From sequence record NC_047899.1: a DNA stretch of 44,895 bases; one strand, 5' to 3'. The position numbers were made by a program, and so were the translations under genes. Every line of letters starts with the position of its first letter. Position 1 is the stretch's first letter. This stretch comes from Escherichia phage VEc3. Positions 15,742 to 24,733 of the stretch are shown piece after piece. The notes under the pieces were generated by a model that was not told the DNA's origin, did no database searches, and was given only the letters and a program-made list of their open reading frames with translations.

Positions 15742-16682
15742 TAGATGCTGATATGTTACCTTACATCGTAGGATGTACAATCAGTGACATGACTTATGTA
15801 CGAGCTACAACTCGTGTTAAGTCAGGACAAGTCCCATCAATCAAAGATACACCTGAGTGTAAGCAAGCGTGTGACCGTGTGAACTCCTTGCTCAACTCTT
15901 GGGTGTATGCAGCAGAGTGTGATGCAGCTAAATTATTCATGACGAAATCAGAAGCTAACTTCCGTGTTCGCCTAGCCTTCACCAAGCCTTATAAGGGTCA
16001 ACGTAAGACCGAGAAGCCTCCGTTCTTCTATGAATTGCGAGAGCATCTCTTAGAGGTTCATGGTGCAATCTTGGCAGATGGAGAAGAGGCTGATGACCTC
16101 ATGAGCATTGCACAATGGGACAGCCACCGCCGCTTCCAGCAAGATACAGGTAACGAGTTTCCTATCGGTAGTCCAGAGCATAAAGCATTCTCTGATACTT
16201 GCATCGTTTCCTTGGATAAGGATTTGATGATTGTTCCCGGTTGGCACCTTCAGCCGGGACAAGAGAAGAAATGGGTAGAGCCTATGGGTTGGCTTGAGTT
16301 ACGCCGTAAGGCTAATGGTCAGGTTAAAGACCTTAAAGGTGCTGGCCTCATGTTTCATTATGCACAGATGATTATCGGTGATGATATTGATAACTATGCT
16401 GGCATACCTGGACGTGGTGCTAAATACGCCTATGATCTTCTCAAAGATTGTAAGACAGAGAAAGAGTTGTACATGGCAGTGCTTGGTGCTTACAAGGCTA
16501 AGTTCGGACATGGACAAGTTAAGATTAAGAATTACCGAGGTGGTTATCGTATCGGCAAGGCTTTTGACCTGATGCTCGAATGTGGTCGCCTAGCTCACAT
16601 GGCAAGATTCAAAGGTGATATATGGCGAGCCGATAAGAACCCAATCTTGTGGGGAGATGATGCGGAATGGTTAGCAAATTAA
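15654..16682 (+). CDS. 5'-3' exonuclease (gp6-like, FEN family)
   Basis: 342 aa from ATG 15654 (AGGAG RBS); acidic active-site blocks IALIDADML, ADGEEADDLM, LDKDLMIV, GDDIDNYAGIPG; track ORF 15588 is an N-terminal over-extension. Confidence 0.8.
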   Translation: MRPNFDFGATVSEDNNLILWPTEGNRIALIDADMLPYIVGCTISDMTYVRATTRVKSGQVPSIKDTPECKQACDRVNSLLNSWVYAAECDAAKLFMTKSEANFRVRLAFTKPYKGQRKTEKPPFFYELREHLLEVHGAILADGEEADDLMSIAQWDSHRRFQQDTGNEFPIGSPEHKAFSDTCIVSLDKDLMIVPGWHLQPGQEKKWVEPMGWLELRRKANGQVKDLKGAGLMFHYAQMIIGDDIDNYAGIPGRGAKYAYDLLKDCKTEKELYMAVLGAYKAKFGHGQVKIKNYRGGYRIGKAFDLMLECGRLAHMARFKGDIWRADKNPILWGDDAEWLAN

Positions 16683-17077
16683 AATCATCGGAGGTAGCAG
16701 CTTATAAGAGGGAATTACTAGAGAAGCAAGGATGGAAGTGCCCCCTATGTGGCGGCAGTCTCAAGGCTGTTACTCCTATAAACCGTGTACTTGACCATGA
16801 CCATGAGACAGGATTCTGCCGTGCTGTTGTATGCCGAGGTTGCAATGGTGCAGAAGGAAAGATTAAGGGTGTTATCTCTGGTTATGGTAAGGCTGGTAAC
16901 AACCGTTACTTCCAGCTTCAATGGTTAGAGCGACTATATGAATACTGGAAGTTACATAGTACGCCTCAGACAGATAAGTTATATCACAAACATCAAACGG
17001 AGGCAGAGAAGCGCGAGGCTAAGAACCGTAAGGCACGCCTTGCTTATGCAAGAAAGAAGGAGGTTAAAGTTGGGTAA
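16667..17077 (+). CDS. Endonuclease VII-like Holliday junction resolvase
   Basis: 136 aa; CPLCG...DHDH...CRGCN zinc-binding pattern as in T4 endonuclease VII. Confidence 0.75.
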   Translation: MVSKLKSSEVAAYKRELLEKQGWKCPLCGGSLKAVTPINRVLDHDHETGFCRAVVCRGCNGAEGKIKGVISGYGKAGNNRYFQLQWLERLYEYWKLHSTPQTDKLYHKHQTEAEKREAKNRKARLAYARKKEVKVG

Positions 17078-18077
17078 GCTTCGCAGCTTGTACAAAGACT
17101 CCGAGGTACTTGATGCAATCGAGCAAGCTACCGACGAGAAAGGTAATGTTAATTACAATGAGATGGCACGTGTATTATCGTGTCACCCTGTGGGTAAGAA
17201 GATTACCCGCCAGTTGGCTCGATACTGGCATGGTCAATTCAAGAAGACCAAGAAGAATGGTGATTATTACCAGACCCTTCTGCAAGAAGATAAGCGTATC
17301 AAAGAAGAGCGTAAGCTCAGGACTCCTGACCGCTACGAGGATTTGGCTATTGTACCATTGCCTGACTCACCTCATCGAAGTGTACTGGTAATCCCAGATA
17401 CTCATGCACCTTATGAGCATCCAGATACCTTAGAGTTCCTTGCAGCAGTCGCGGCACGTTACCGTCCAGATACAGTGGTTCACTTAGGGGATGAGGCAGA
17501 TAAACACGCCCTCTCCTTCCATGACTCTGACCCGAATCTGGATAGTGCTGGCATGGAGCTAGAGAAGGCTCGTGTCTTCATGCACAAGTTGCACAAGATG
17601 TTCCCTGTGATGCGCCTGTGTCATTCTAATCATGGCTCTATGCACTTCCGTAAGGCAAGCGCCAAGGGTATTCCAGTGCAATATCTTCGCACCTACCGTG
17701 AAGTCTTCTTCCCAAATGGAGGTGGCGACCAGTGGGATTGGCAGCATACACATGTTCTTGAGTTGCCGAATGGTGAACAAGTGGCATTCAAGCATCAACC
17801 TGCTGGCTCTGTCCTAGCAGATGCAGCGCATGAGCGTATGAACCTTGTGTGTGGTCACTTGCACGGTAAGATGTCTGTGGAGTACGCACGTAATACACAT
17901 GAACAGTATTGGGCTGTGCAAGGTGGCTGCTTAATTGATGAGTCATCCCGTGCATTTGCCTATGGGCGTGAGTCTAAATACAAGCCAGCATTAGGTTGTG
18001 TGGTTATTCTGGAGGGTGTACCTCATATTGTCCCGATGCAAACCAATAGCGACAACCGTTGGATTGGCAAGATTTAG
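17070..18077 (+). CDS. Calcineurin-like metallophosphoesterase
   Basis: Motifs IPDTHAPYEH, LGDEADKH, CHSNHG, GHLHG; TTG start 17070 with AAGGAGG RBS preferred over track start 16938, which overlaps the endo VII gene; in-frame ATG at 17163 is an alternative. Confidence 0.6.
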   Translation: MGKLRSLYKDSEVLDAIEQATDEKGNVNYNEMARVLSCHPVGKKITRQLARYWHGQFKKTKKNGDYYQTLLQEDKRIKEERKLRTPDRYEDLAIVPLPDSPHRSVLVIPDTHAPYEHPDTLEFLAAVAARYRPDTVVHLGDEADKHALSFHDSDPNLDSAGMELEKARVFMHKLHKMFPVMRLCHSNHGSMHFRKASAKGIPVQYLRTYREVFFPNGGGDQWDWQHTHVLELPNGEQVAFKHQPAGSVLADAAHERMNLVCGHLHGKMSVEYARNTHEQYWAVQGGCLIDESSRAFAYGRESKYKPALGCVVILEGVPHIVPMQTNSDNRWIGKI

Positions 18078-18094
18078 TTGACACTATAGAACAA
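18072..18094 (+). promoter_or_regulatory. Phage RNAP promoter (ATTTAGTTGACACTATAGAACAA)
   Basis: Closest of all copies to the classical SP6 promoter; +1 G at 18089. Confidence 0.65.
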
Positions 18095-18177
18095 AGGGCT
18101 AGGTAAGACTTTATCGGCTGGCGTATCCAAATGATATTGCACTAGCCCTTGATTGTATAGCGAATGGAGGATTCAAT

Positions 18178-18681
18178 ATGTCACACTATGAATGTAAGAA
18201 GTATCATAAGCGTTATGATTACTGTACTTGTGGTCAAGAGAAAACATCTTTTAAAGTTGGAGACAAGGTATTTCGTAATGAAAAAGATTCTATTCCTTGG
18301 AATCAATTCTGCAAAGAAGCTGGTATTGACCCTGATAGTCCTGTAACCATAGATGATATTGATGGCATTAACTTGTGCTTTCGTGAGGTGAGGGGTGCAG
18401 GTTGGGATTCCAAAAAATTCAAACTTGCATCTGATAAGTTAGACAACAATATGGTAACTCAGCCTAAGCACTACGAGTTCTTTGATGGTGTAGAGGCAAT
18501 CACTATCATTGCCCGCAGTATGACTGAAAAGCAATTCGCTGGGTACTGCATGGGTAATGCCCTTAAGTATCGCCTGCGTGCAGGTAAGAAGTTCAATACT
18601 GAAGAAGACTTGAAGAAGGCAGACTATTATAAAGAGTTATTCCAGAAGCATCGTCACGAATGTATTGATGAGGATATTTAA
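18178..18681 (+). CDS. Zinc-ribbon protein with DUF3310-like C-terminal domain
   Basis: 167 aa; N-terminal CKKYHKRYDYCTCG; C-terminal PKHY...GNALKYRLRAGKK pattern recalled as DUF3310. Confidence 0.45.
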   Translation: MSHYECKKYHKRYDYCTCGQEKTSFKVGDKVFRNEKDSIPWNQFCKEAGIDPDSPVTIDDIDGINLCFREVRGAGWDSKKFKLASDKLDNNMVTQPKHYEFFDGVEAITIIARSMTEKQFAGYCMGNALKYRLRAGKKFNTEEDLKKADYYKELFQKHRHECIDEDI

Positions 18682-18682
18682 T

Positions 18683-18856
18683 ATGGAAGGTAAACTGTAT
18701 AGAGGGTACTTCGGTAACTTATATAAAGTAAGCTCTCGCGGTTTTGTATTGACCTCTGATGATGAAGGTGCAATGTGGCACCTAAGTGCATATGGTTCTA
18801 ACTTAGCACACTTTAAAGAGGCAATAGTCAAAGGTGTGATGAAGGAGGTGAAATGA
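18683..18856 (+). CDS. Hypothetical protein (57 aa)
   Basis: ATG 18683 two nt after the upstream stop; track ORF 18665. Confidence 0.4.
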   Translation: MEGKLYRGYFGNLYKVSSRGFVLTSDDEGAMWHLSAYGSNLAHFKEAIVKGVMKEVK

Positions 18857-19800
18857 ACATCTTCCAATTCCTAGGTCTTCCAGAAGACCACCGCAATCAT
18901 CCATTCATGCTGGTGAAGCATCGCGGTGAAGTTCCTGAGAAGAAACTTACTTTTCCATGTTATGCACAGGTGAAACGAGATGGAATATTCAGTGCTGTTG
19001 TGGTGCGCAATGATGGTGCTGTTGCCGTCTTTGGTCGTACTGGTAAGAAGCTCGCAAATGTTGAAGCCTTGGAAAAGGCATTTAGTGTATTTCCTGTCGG
19101 GTTGTATCTTGGTGAGTTGCAATCTATGGCTGTTGATGTTTATCTTGAAGCTCTGTCAGGAGTGGTAAACCCTAATCGTACAGAGCCACTTGACTTTATA
19201 GGCCAGCAGATTAAAGACAACCTGTATATCGACTTCTTTGATATGTTAACCATTAAGGCATTCCATGATGGATTCACTGATGTTTCTTATCTCAAACGTT
19301 ACGATGCTTTACATCGTCGCATCGGCACTCATCTTAGCGGGTACAACGCTATCCTTCCTATTACTCCTTGCCATAATGAGCGAGAAGTTGAAGCGTTTGC
19401 GCAAGAGCAAATAGATGCAGGCCGAGAGGGTGCTGTGTTTAAACTTGACGTGGAGTATGAAAGTGGGCACAAGGGCTATCGTCAAACGAAGATCGTTCGT
19501 ATGGTGTCTTACGACCTAACCTGTATTGGGTGGGAGGAAGGAAAAGGTAAGTATAAAGGTAAAGTAGCTAACCTCATTTTCAAATGGAAAGGAGGCAAGT
19601 CTGTTAAGGCTATGCTGGGTCGTGGCTGGTCACATGAGGATGCAGCCCAAATGTATCACGATATTAAGCACGGTGGCGAACTGAACGTCATTGGGAAGAT
19701 CTTCGCTGTCAAGGCGTTGCAGGAATCTAGCAAGGGAGTCCTGAGACTTCCCAAGGTTTCTGAATTACGCCACGATAAGGAGGTTCCTGATGTTTATTGA
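18853..19800 (+). CDS. ATP-dependent DNA ligase
   Basis: 315 aa; KxDG adenylation motif in YAQVKRDGIF; overlapping ATGA start. Confidence 0.8.
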   Translation: MNIFQFLGLPEDHRNHPFMLVKHRGEVPEKKLTFPCYAQVKRDGIFSAVVVRNDGAVAVFGRTGKKLANVEALEKAFSVFPVGLYLGELQSMAVDVYLEALSGVVNPNRTEPLDFIGQQIKDNLYIDFFDMLTIKAFHDGFTDVSYLKRYDALHRRIGTHLSGYNAILPITPCHNEREVEAFAQEQIDAGREGAVFKLDVEYESGHKGYRQTKIVRMVSYDLTCIGWEEGKGKYKGKVANLIFKWKGGKSVKAMLGRGWSHEDAAQMYHDIKHGGELNVIGKIFAVKALQESSKGVLRLPKVSELRHDKEVPDVY

Positions 19801-19915
19801 TTTGAACGAAAAACAGCTTGAATTGTTAATAGAAGCCATTGAGCAATACTATTATATGTGGGGCTATCAGTCAGAAGAATTAGACTCCTTATATTCACAA
19901 CTAAAAGGAGGTTAA
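19790..19915 (+). CDS. Small ORF (41 aa), hypothetical
   Basis: AAGGAGG RBS 6 nt upstream of ATG 19790. Confidence 0.4.
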   Translation: MFIDLNEKQLELLIEAIEQYYYMWGYQSEELDSLYSQLKGG

Positions 19916-19917
19916 TT

Positions 19918-20115
19918 ATGTCTTTTGATTCTATGAAGGCAACTCGTGCTGTTGAGGTAGCAGAGGCCATCTTCGAAACTCTATCCTGTGGCATGGAAGT
20001 GCCATATACTTTACTGGCTGATGCAGAAGAACTTGGTCTTTCTGTAGAAGCTATCCAAGAGAAGGTTGACGAATTATATGGTACAGACGAAGAAGAAACC
20101 GACGATTTCATTTGA
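19918..20115 (+). CDS. Small acidic protein (65 aa)
   Basis: ATG 19918 with AAGGAGG RBS; acidic C-terminus EEETDDFI; track ORF 19858 is over-extended. Confidence 0.5.
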   Translation: MSFDSMKATRAVEVAEAIFETLSCGMEVPYTLLADAEELGLSVEAIQEKVDELYGTDEEETDDFI

Positions 20116-20125
20116 AGGAATGGAG

Positions 20126-20248
20126 ATGCTTGAGATGATTCTCAAGCCTTCTTCCCCGAAGGTGACTAAGACTCATGAAGAGTTAATCGTTGATGAAGTG
20201 AAGCGTTACATCATGGATTGTGTCAGAGCACAACTGGTGGTCCAATGA
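20126..20248 (+). CDS. Small ORF (40 aa), hypothetical
   Basis: ATG 20126 with AAGGA 6 nt upstream; ends with ATGA overlap into the next gene. Confidence 0.35.
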   Translation: MLEMILKPSSPKVTKTHEELIVDEVKRYIMDCVRAQLVVQ

Positions 20249-20706
20249 TACGTCCAGCTTCCTTCCTAGATATTCCTGAGATTATAAACCTTGGGAATAA
20301 ATATGTGGAAGAGGAAGTCAAGGTTGTAGCCCACCACTCAGCCTCATGGAATGCAGAACAAAGCGCACATAACCTTTGCGCATCTCTTAGTAGAGAAGAT
20401 TTATTCCTATGGGTTGCTGTAGATGAAGGGCGGATTGTAGGGTTCCTGTGGGCTGGCTATCACGAGTTGGCCCCTTGGACACCTGTAAGGGTTGCCTCTG
20501 ACATTCTCTTTTATATTATACCAGAGAAGCGAGGAACCTTACTTGGTATGCGTCTCATCAAAGCCCTAAAGCAATGGGCTAGTGATAATGAATGCTCTGA
20601 GGTTCGCCTGTCTATCGCCTCTGGTATTAATGAAGAACGTGTCGGACGTATGTATAAGCGACTTGGCTTTGAACCGTTTGGCACTGTGTACAACCTGAAG
20701 TTCTAA
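20245..20706 (+). CDS. GNAT-family N-acetyltransferase
   Basis: 153 aa; acetyl-CoA-binding signature in EKRGTLLGMRLIKALKQWA, preceded by GRIVGF strand. Confidence 0.7.
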   Translation: MIRPASFLDIPEIINLGNKYVEEEVKVVAHHSASWNAEQSAHNLCASLSREDLFLWVAVDEGRIVGFLWAGYHELAPWTPVRVASDILFYIIPEKRGTLLGMRLIKALKQWASDNECSEVRLSIASGINEERVGRMYKRLGFEPFGTVYNLKF

Positions 20707-20715
20707 GGAGATAAC

Positions 20716-20925
20716 ATGGGTGTTGTAAAGAAAGCATTTAAGGCTATCGGTCTTGCTCAAGATGCACCACGTATTGAAGCCAAAGTCCCAGCACAGCAGC
20801 TTGAGCGTAAGCCTGAGACTGAAGCTGAAGATATTCAAATTGGTGCAGGTGGTGATGATGCGACTGCATCTGCAAAAGGTAAGCGCGGCCTTGTCCGTCC
20901 GGTAGCTTCTAGCTTGAAGGTGTAA
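20716..20925 (+). CDS. Small protein upstream of portal (69 aa), possible virion protein
   Basis: Track ORF; AAGGAG RBS; position analogous to T7 gp6.7/7.3. Confidence 0.4.
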   Translation: MGVVKKAFKAIGLAQDAPRIEAKVPAQQLERKPETEAEDIQIGAGGDDATASAKGKRGLVRPVASSLKV

Positions 20926-20926
20926 T

Positions 20927-22477
20927 ATGAAACAGAGCACAGATTTGGAGTATGGAGGTAAGCGGTCTAAGATACCTAAGCTATGGGAGAAGTTCTCCAC
21001 TAAACGTAGCTCTTTCCTTGATAGGGCGAAGCATTACTCCAAATTAACCTTGCCCTATCTGATGAATGACAAAGGTGATAACGAGACTTCGCAGAATGGA
21101 TGGCAAGGTGTAGGTGCTCAGGCAACTAATCATCTAGCCAACAAGCTAGCGCAAGTACTATTCCCTGCACAGCGTTCCTTCTTCCGTGTAGACTTAACTG
21201 CACAAGGTGAGAAGGTTCTTAATCAGCGTGGCCTGAAGAAGACAGAGCTAGCTACCATCTTCGCTCAAGTGGAAACACGGGCAATGAAAGAGTTAGAGCA
21301 ACGTCAATTCCGGCCTGCTGTAGTGGAAGCATTCAAGCATCTTATTGTTGCTGGTAGTTGTATGCTATACAAGCCGAGCAAAGGTGCAATCAGTGCTATC
21401 CCAATGCATCACTATGTAGTTAACCGTGATACCAATGGCGACCTGTTAGACATTATCTTACTGCAAGAGAAAGCCTTACGCACCTTTGACCCAGCTACAC
21501 GTGCTGTAGTAGAGGTTGGCCTGAAAGGTAAGAAGTGCAAGGAGGATGACAGCGTTAAGCTGTACACACATGCTAAGTATCTTGGTGATGGATTTTGGGA
21601 ACTCAAGCAATCTGCTGATGATATCCCTGTGGGTAAGGTGAGTAAAATCAAATCAGAAAAGCTACCTTTCATCCCATTAACTTGGAAGCGAAGCTATGGT
21701 GAGGATTGGGGTCGCCCTCTTGCAGAGGATTACTCCGGTGATTTATTCGTTATCCAATTCTTATCTGAAGCGGTTGCCCGTGGTGCTGCGCTGATGGCAG
21801 ATATCAAGTACCTGATTCGTCCGGGTGCTCAAACTGATGTTGACCACTTTGTTAACTCTGGCACTGGTGAGGTTGTCACTGGTGTAGAAGAAGACATCCA
21901 TATTGTACAGTTAGGTAAATACGCAGACCTCACACCTATTAGCGCGGTTCTAGAGGTATACACTCGCCGTATCGGTGTTGTCTTCATGATGGAGACAATG
22001 ACACGCCGTGACGCCGAACGTGTTACTGCTGTAGAAATCCAGCGAGATGCGTTAGAGATTGAGCAGAACATGGGTGGTGTATACTCCCTCTTTGCTACTA
22101 CTATGCAATCGCCAGTAGCGATGTGGGGTCTGCTGGAGGCAGGGGAGTCCTTCACTAGTGACTTAGTGGACCCTGTGATTATCACAGGTATTGAAGCTTT
22201 AGGACGCATGGCTGAGTTGGATAAACTGGCTAACTTTGCTCAGTATATGTCACTGCCATTACAATGGCCTGAGCCTGTACTAGCTGCTGTGAAATGGCCT
22301 GACTATATGGATTGGGTGCGTGGTCAAATCTCTGCTGAACTGCCGTTCCTTAAATCGGCTGAAGAGATGGCACAAGAACAGGAAGCACAGATGCAAGCAC
22401 AGCAAGCACAGATGCTTGAAGAAGGTGTGGCTAAGGCCGTGCCGGGTGTAATTCAACAAGAACTTAAGGAGGCGTAA
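20927..22477 (+). CDS. Portal (head-to-tail connector) protein
   Basis: 516 aa; N-terminal block GWQGVGAQATNHLANKLAQVLFP resembles T7 gp8. Confidence 0.85.
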   Translation: MKQSTDLEYGGKRSKIPKLWEKFSTKRSSFLDRAKHYSKLTLPYLMNDKGDNETSQNGWQGVGAQATNHLANKLAQVLFPAQRSFFRVDLTAQGEKVLNQRGLKKTELATIFAQVETRAMKELEQRQFRPAVVEAFKHLIVAGSCMLYKPSKGAISAIPMHHYVVNRDTNGDLLDIILLQEKALRTFDPATRAVVEVGLKGKKCKEDDSVKLYTHAKYLGDGFWELKQSADDIPVGKVSKIKSEKLPFIPLTWKRSYGEDWGRPLAEDYSGDLFVIQFLSEAVARGAALMADIKYLIRPGAQTDVDHFVNSGTGEVVTGVEEDIHIVQLGKYADLTPISAVLEVYTRRIGVVFMMETMTRRDAERVTAVEIQRDALEIEQNMGGVYSLFATTMQSPVAMWGLLEAGESFTSDLVDPVIITGIEALGRMAELDKLANFAQYMSLPLQWPEPVLAAVKWPDYMDWVRGQISAELPFLKSAEEMAQEQEAQMQAQQAQMLEEGVAKAVPGVIQQELKEA

Positions 22478-23397
22478 TGTCTTTCTCATTTACTGAACCG
22501 TCAACCACTCACCCTACTGCTGAAGAGGGTCCGGTAGAAACCAAGGAGGTAACAACTGATGCTGCTACTACTGATGCTCCTGCTGACGCTGGCACTGCTG
22601 TACAAGATGACAATGCTGGTGCACAACCTACTGAAGACACCGGAGGAGAAGCCTCTGGACAGCCTTCAGAAAAAAGAGACAATGGCGGAGAGAATGGTGA
22701 ACCTAAGCCAGATGATACCGCGACCGACACTGAGGAAGTGCAATACTTCTTTGGAGAACATGAAGTAACAGTAGACATCCCACAGGATGTAACTGACAGC
22801 CTTAAAGAGAAAGGCATTGATGCCAAGCAGGTTGCCAAGGAACTCTATTCCAAAGGTGGCAAGTTTGAACTGTCAGATGCAACCAAGCAGAAATTGTATG
22901 ATGCTTTTGGCAAGTTTGCGGTAGATGCTTACCTGTCAGGTCTTAAGGCTCAAAATGAAGCCTTCTTCCTGAAAGAAGCCAACGCAGCTAAAGAGTTGGA
23001 AGCAGCTAACACCCAACGCTTCTCTGATGTTTCTAAGGAAATTGGTGGCGAAGAAGGTTGGTCCCGTCTTGAGGAGTGGGCGCTTGAAACGCTATCAGAT
23101 GACGAACTCACGGCATTCAATGCGGTGATGGAGTCTGGCAACCAATACCTTCAGCAATATGCTGTGCGTGAACTAGAAAGCCGCCGTAAGGCTGCACAGG
23201 GTGATGACAAACCAAACCTGATTGAACCCTCTGCACCTGCTGCTGCATCTGAAGATAATGGCCCACTCTCTCGTGAGCAGTACCTGCGTGAGATGATGAC
23301 TCTTAGCTCTCGCTTCGGTACAGACAAGAAGGCTGCTGCTGAGTATCAGGCTAAACTGGATGCTCGCCGTCGTGCTGGTATGGCTCGCGGTCTGTAA
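22477..23397 (+). CDS. Capsid assembly scaffolding protein
   Basis: 306 aa; acidic, Ala/Glu-rich; between portal and capsid; TAATG coupling. Confidence 0.7.
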   Translation: MSFSFTEPSTTHPTAEEGPVETKEVTTDAATTDAPADAGTAVQDDNAGAQPTEDTGGEASGQPSEKRDNGGENGEPKPDDTATDTEEVQYFFGEHEVTVDIPQDVTDSLKEKGIDAKQVAKELYSKGGKFELSDATKQKLYDAFGKFAVDAYLSGLKAQNEAFFLKEANAAKELEAANTQRFSDVSKEIGGEEGWSRLEEWALETLSDDELTAFNAVMESGNQYLQQYAVRELESRRKAAQGDDKPNLIEPSAPAAASEDNGPLSREQYLREMMTLSSRFGTDKKAAAEYQAKLDARRRAGMARGL

Positions 23398-23402
23398 TCA
23401 GT

Positions 23403-23425
23403 ATTTACTGGACACTATAGAAGGG
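23403..23425 (+). promoter_or_regulatory. Phage RNAP promoter for the capsid gene
   Basis: ATTTACTGGACACTATAGAAGGG; +1 G at 23420; transcript begins with hairpin GGGAGA-AATG-TCTCCC, then TAAGGAGG RBS. Confidence 0.75.
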
Positions 23426-23473
23426 AGAAATGTCTCCCTAAATTATCAATTTGATTTATAAGGAGGTTTATTA

Positions 23474-24679
23474 ATGAGCACCCCGAATAACCTGACCAAC
23501 GTTGCAGTCTCCGCTTCCGGCGAGGTAGACAGCCTTCTCATTGAGAAATTCAATGGCAAGGTAAATGAGCAGTACCTGAAAGGTGAGAACATCATGTCCT
23601 ACTTTGATGTTCAGACTGTTACTGGTACTAACACTGTAAGCAACAAATATTTGGGTGAAACCGAGTTGCAGGTTCTGGCACCGGGCCAGTCTCCGGCTGC
23701 AACCTCTACTCAGGCCGATAAAAACCAACTGGTAATCGATGCCACTGTTATTGCTCGTAACACGGTTGCTCACCTGCATGATGTACAGGGTGACATTGAT
23801 AGCCTGAAGCCGAAGCTGGCTACTAACCAAGCGAAGCAGCTGAAGAAGATGGAAGATGAAATGCTGATTCAGCAGATGCTGCTGGGCGGTATTGTCAACA
23901 CTCAGGTTAAGCGTATTAAGCCGCGTGTTAAAGGTCATGGCTTCTCTGTCAACGTAGAAGTTACAGAAAGGGAAGCACTGGTCAACCCGCAGTATGTAAT
24001 GGCGGCTGTAGAGTTTGCTCTGGAGCAGCAGCTTGAGCAGGAAGTAGACATCTCTGATGTAGCTATCCTGATGCCGTGGCGATACTTCAACGTACTGCGT
24101 GATGCAGACCGTATCGTTGACAAGAGCTACACAATTAGCCAGTCTGGTGCAACCATTCAGGGTTTTGTTCTGTCTTCTTACAACTGCCCTGTTATCCCGT
24201 CTAACCGCTTCCCTAAATTCTCTGCTGGTCAGAAACATCACCTGCTGTCAAATAAAGACAACGGTTATCGTTATGACCCGACTGCAGAAATGAATGGCGC
24301 TATCGCTGTACTGTTCACTGCTGATGCGCTGCTGGTTGGTCGTTCTATTGATGTTACTGGCGATATCTTCTATGAGAAGAAAGAGAAGACCTACTACATT
24401 GATACTTTCATGTCTGAAGGTGCAATCCCTGATCGTTGGGAAGCAGTGTCTGTTGTGACAACTAAGCGTAAATCATCTACTGGTGATGCTGATGGTACTG
24501 ATGGAGCACAGCACACTCAAGTTCTTAACCGTGCACAGCGCAAAGCTGTATACGTCAAGAATGCTGCTCCGGCAGGTGCTGCCGTTGCTGCTAGTCTGTC
24601 TGCTGAAGACTTAGTTGCTGCTGTCCGTTCTGTCATGGCAAATGACATTAAGCAGACTGCAATGAAACCTGCTGAGTAA
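23474..24679 (+). CDS. Major capsid protein
   Basis: 401 aa; strong promoter and RBS, highly biased codon usage, followed by a terminator. Confidence 0.85.
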   Translation: MSTPNNLTNVAVSASGEVDSLLIEKFNGKVNEQYLKGENIMSYFDVQTVTGTNTVSNKYLGETELQVLAPGQSPAATSTQADKNQLVIDATVIARNTVAHLHDVQGDIDSLKPKLATNQAKQLKKMEDEMLIQQMLLGGIVNTQVKRIKPRVKGHGFSVNVEVTEREALVNPQYVMAAVEFALEQQLEQEVDISDVAILMPWRYFNVLRDADRIVDKSYTISQSGATIQGFVLSSYNCPVIPSNRFPKFSAGQKHHLLSNKDNGYRYDPTAEMNGAIAVLFTADALLVGRSIDVTGDIFYEKKEKTYYIDTFMSEGAIPDRWEAVSVVTTKRKSSTGDADGTDGAQHTQVLNRAQRKAVYVKNAAPAGAAVAASLSAEDLVAAVRSVMANDIKQTAMKPAE

Positions 24680-24687
24680 TACCTATG

Positions 24688-24723
24688 CCCTATCTACCTT
24701 GCGTAGGTAGGGTTCTTTTTGTT
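24688..24723 (+). terminator. Terminator after the capsid gene
   Basis: CCCTATCTACC-TTGCG-TAGGTAGGG then TTCTTTTTGTT. Confidence 0.75.
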
Positions 24724-24733
24724 AGGAGGATTC

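Noticed and set aside
23471-24241. 256-aa minus-strand ORF antisense to the major capsid gene
   Set aside because: Lies entirely inside a strongly supported + strand gene, has no promoter or RBS context, and the whole genome is transcribed left to right; a shadow ORF of biased codon usage. The same applies to the other long minus-strand track ORFs (for example 2651-3223, 14257-14862, 42909-43439).
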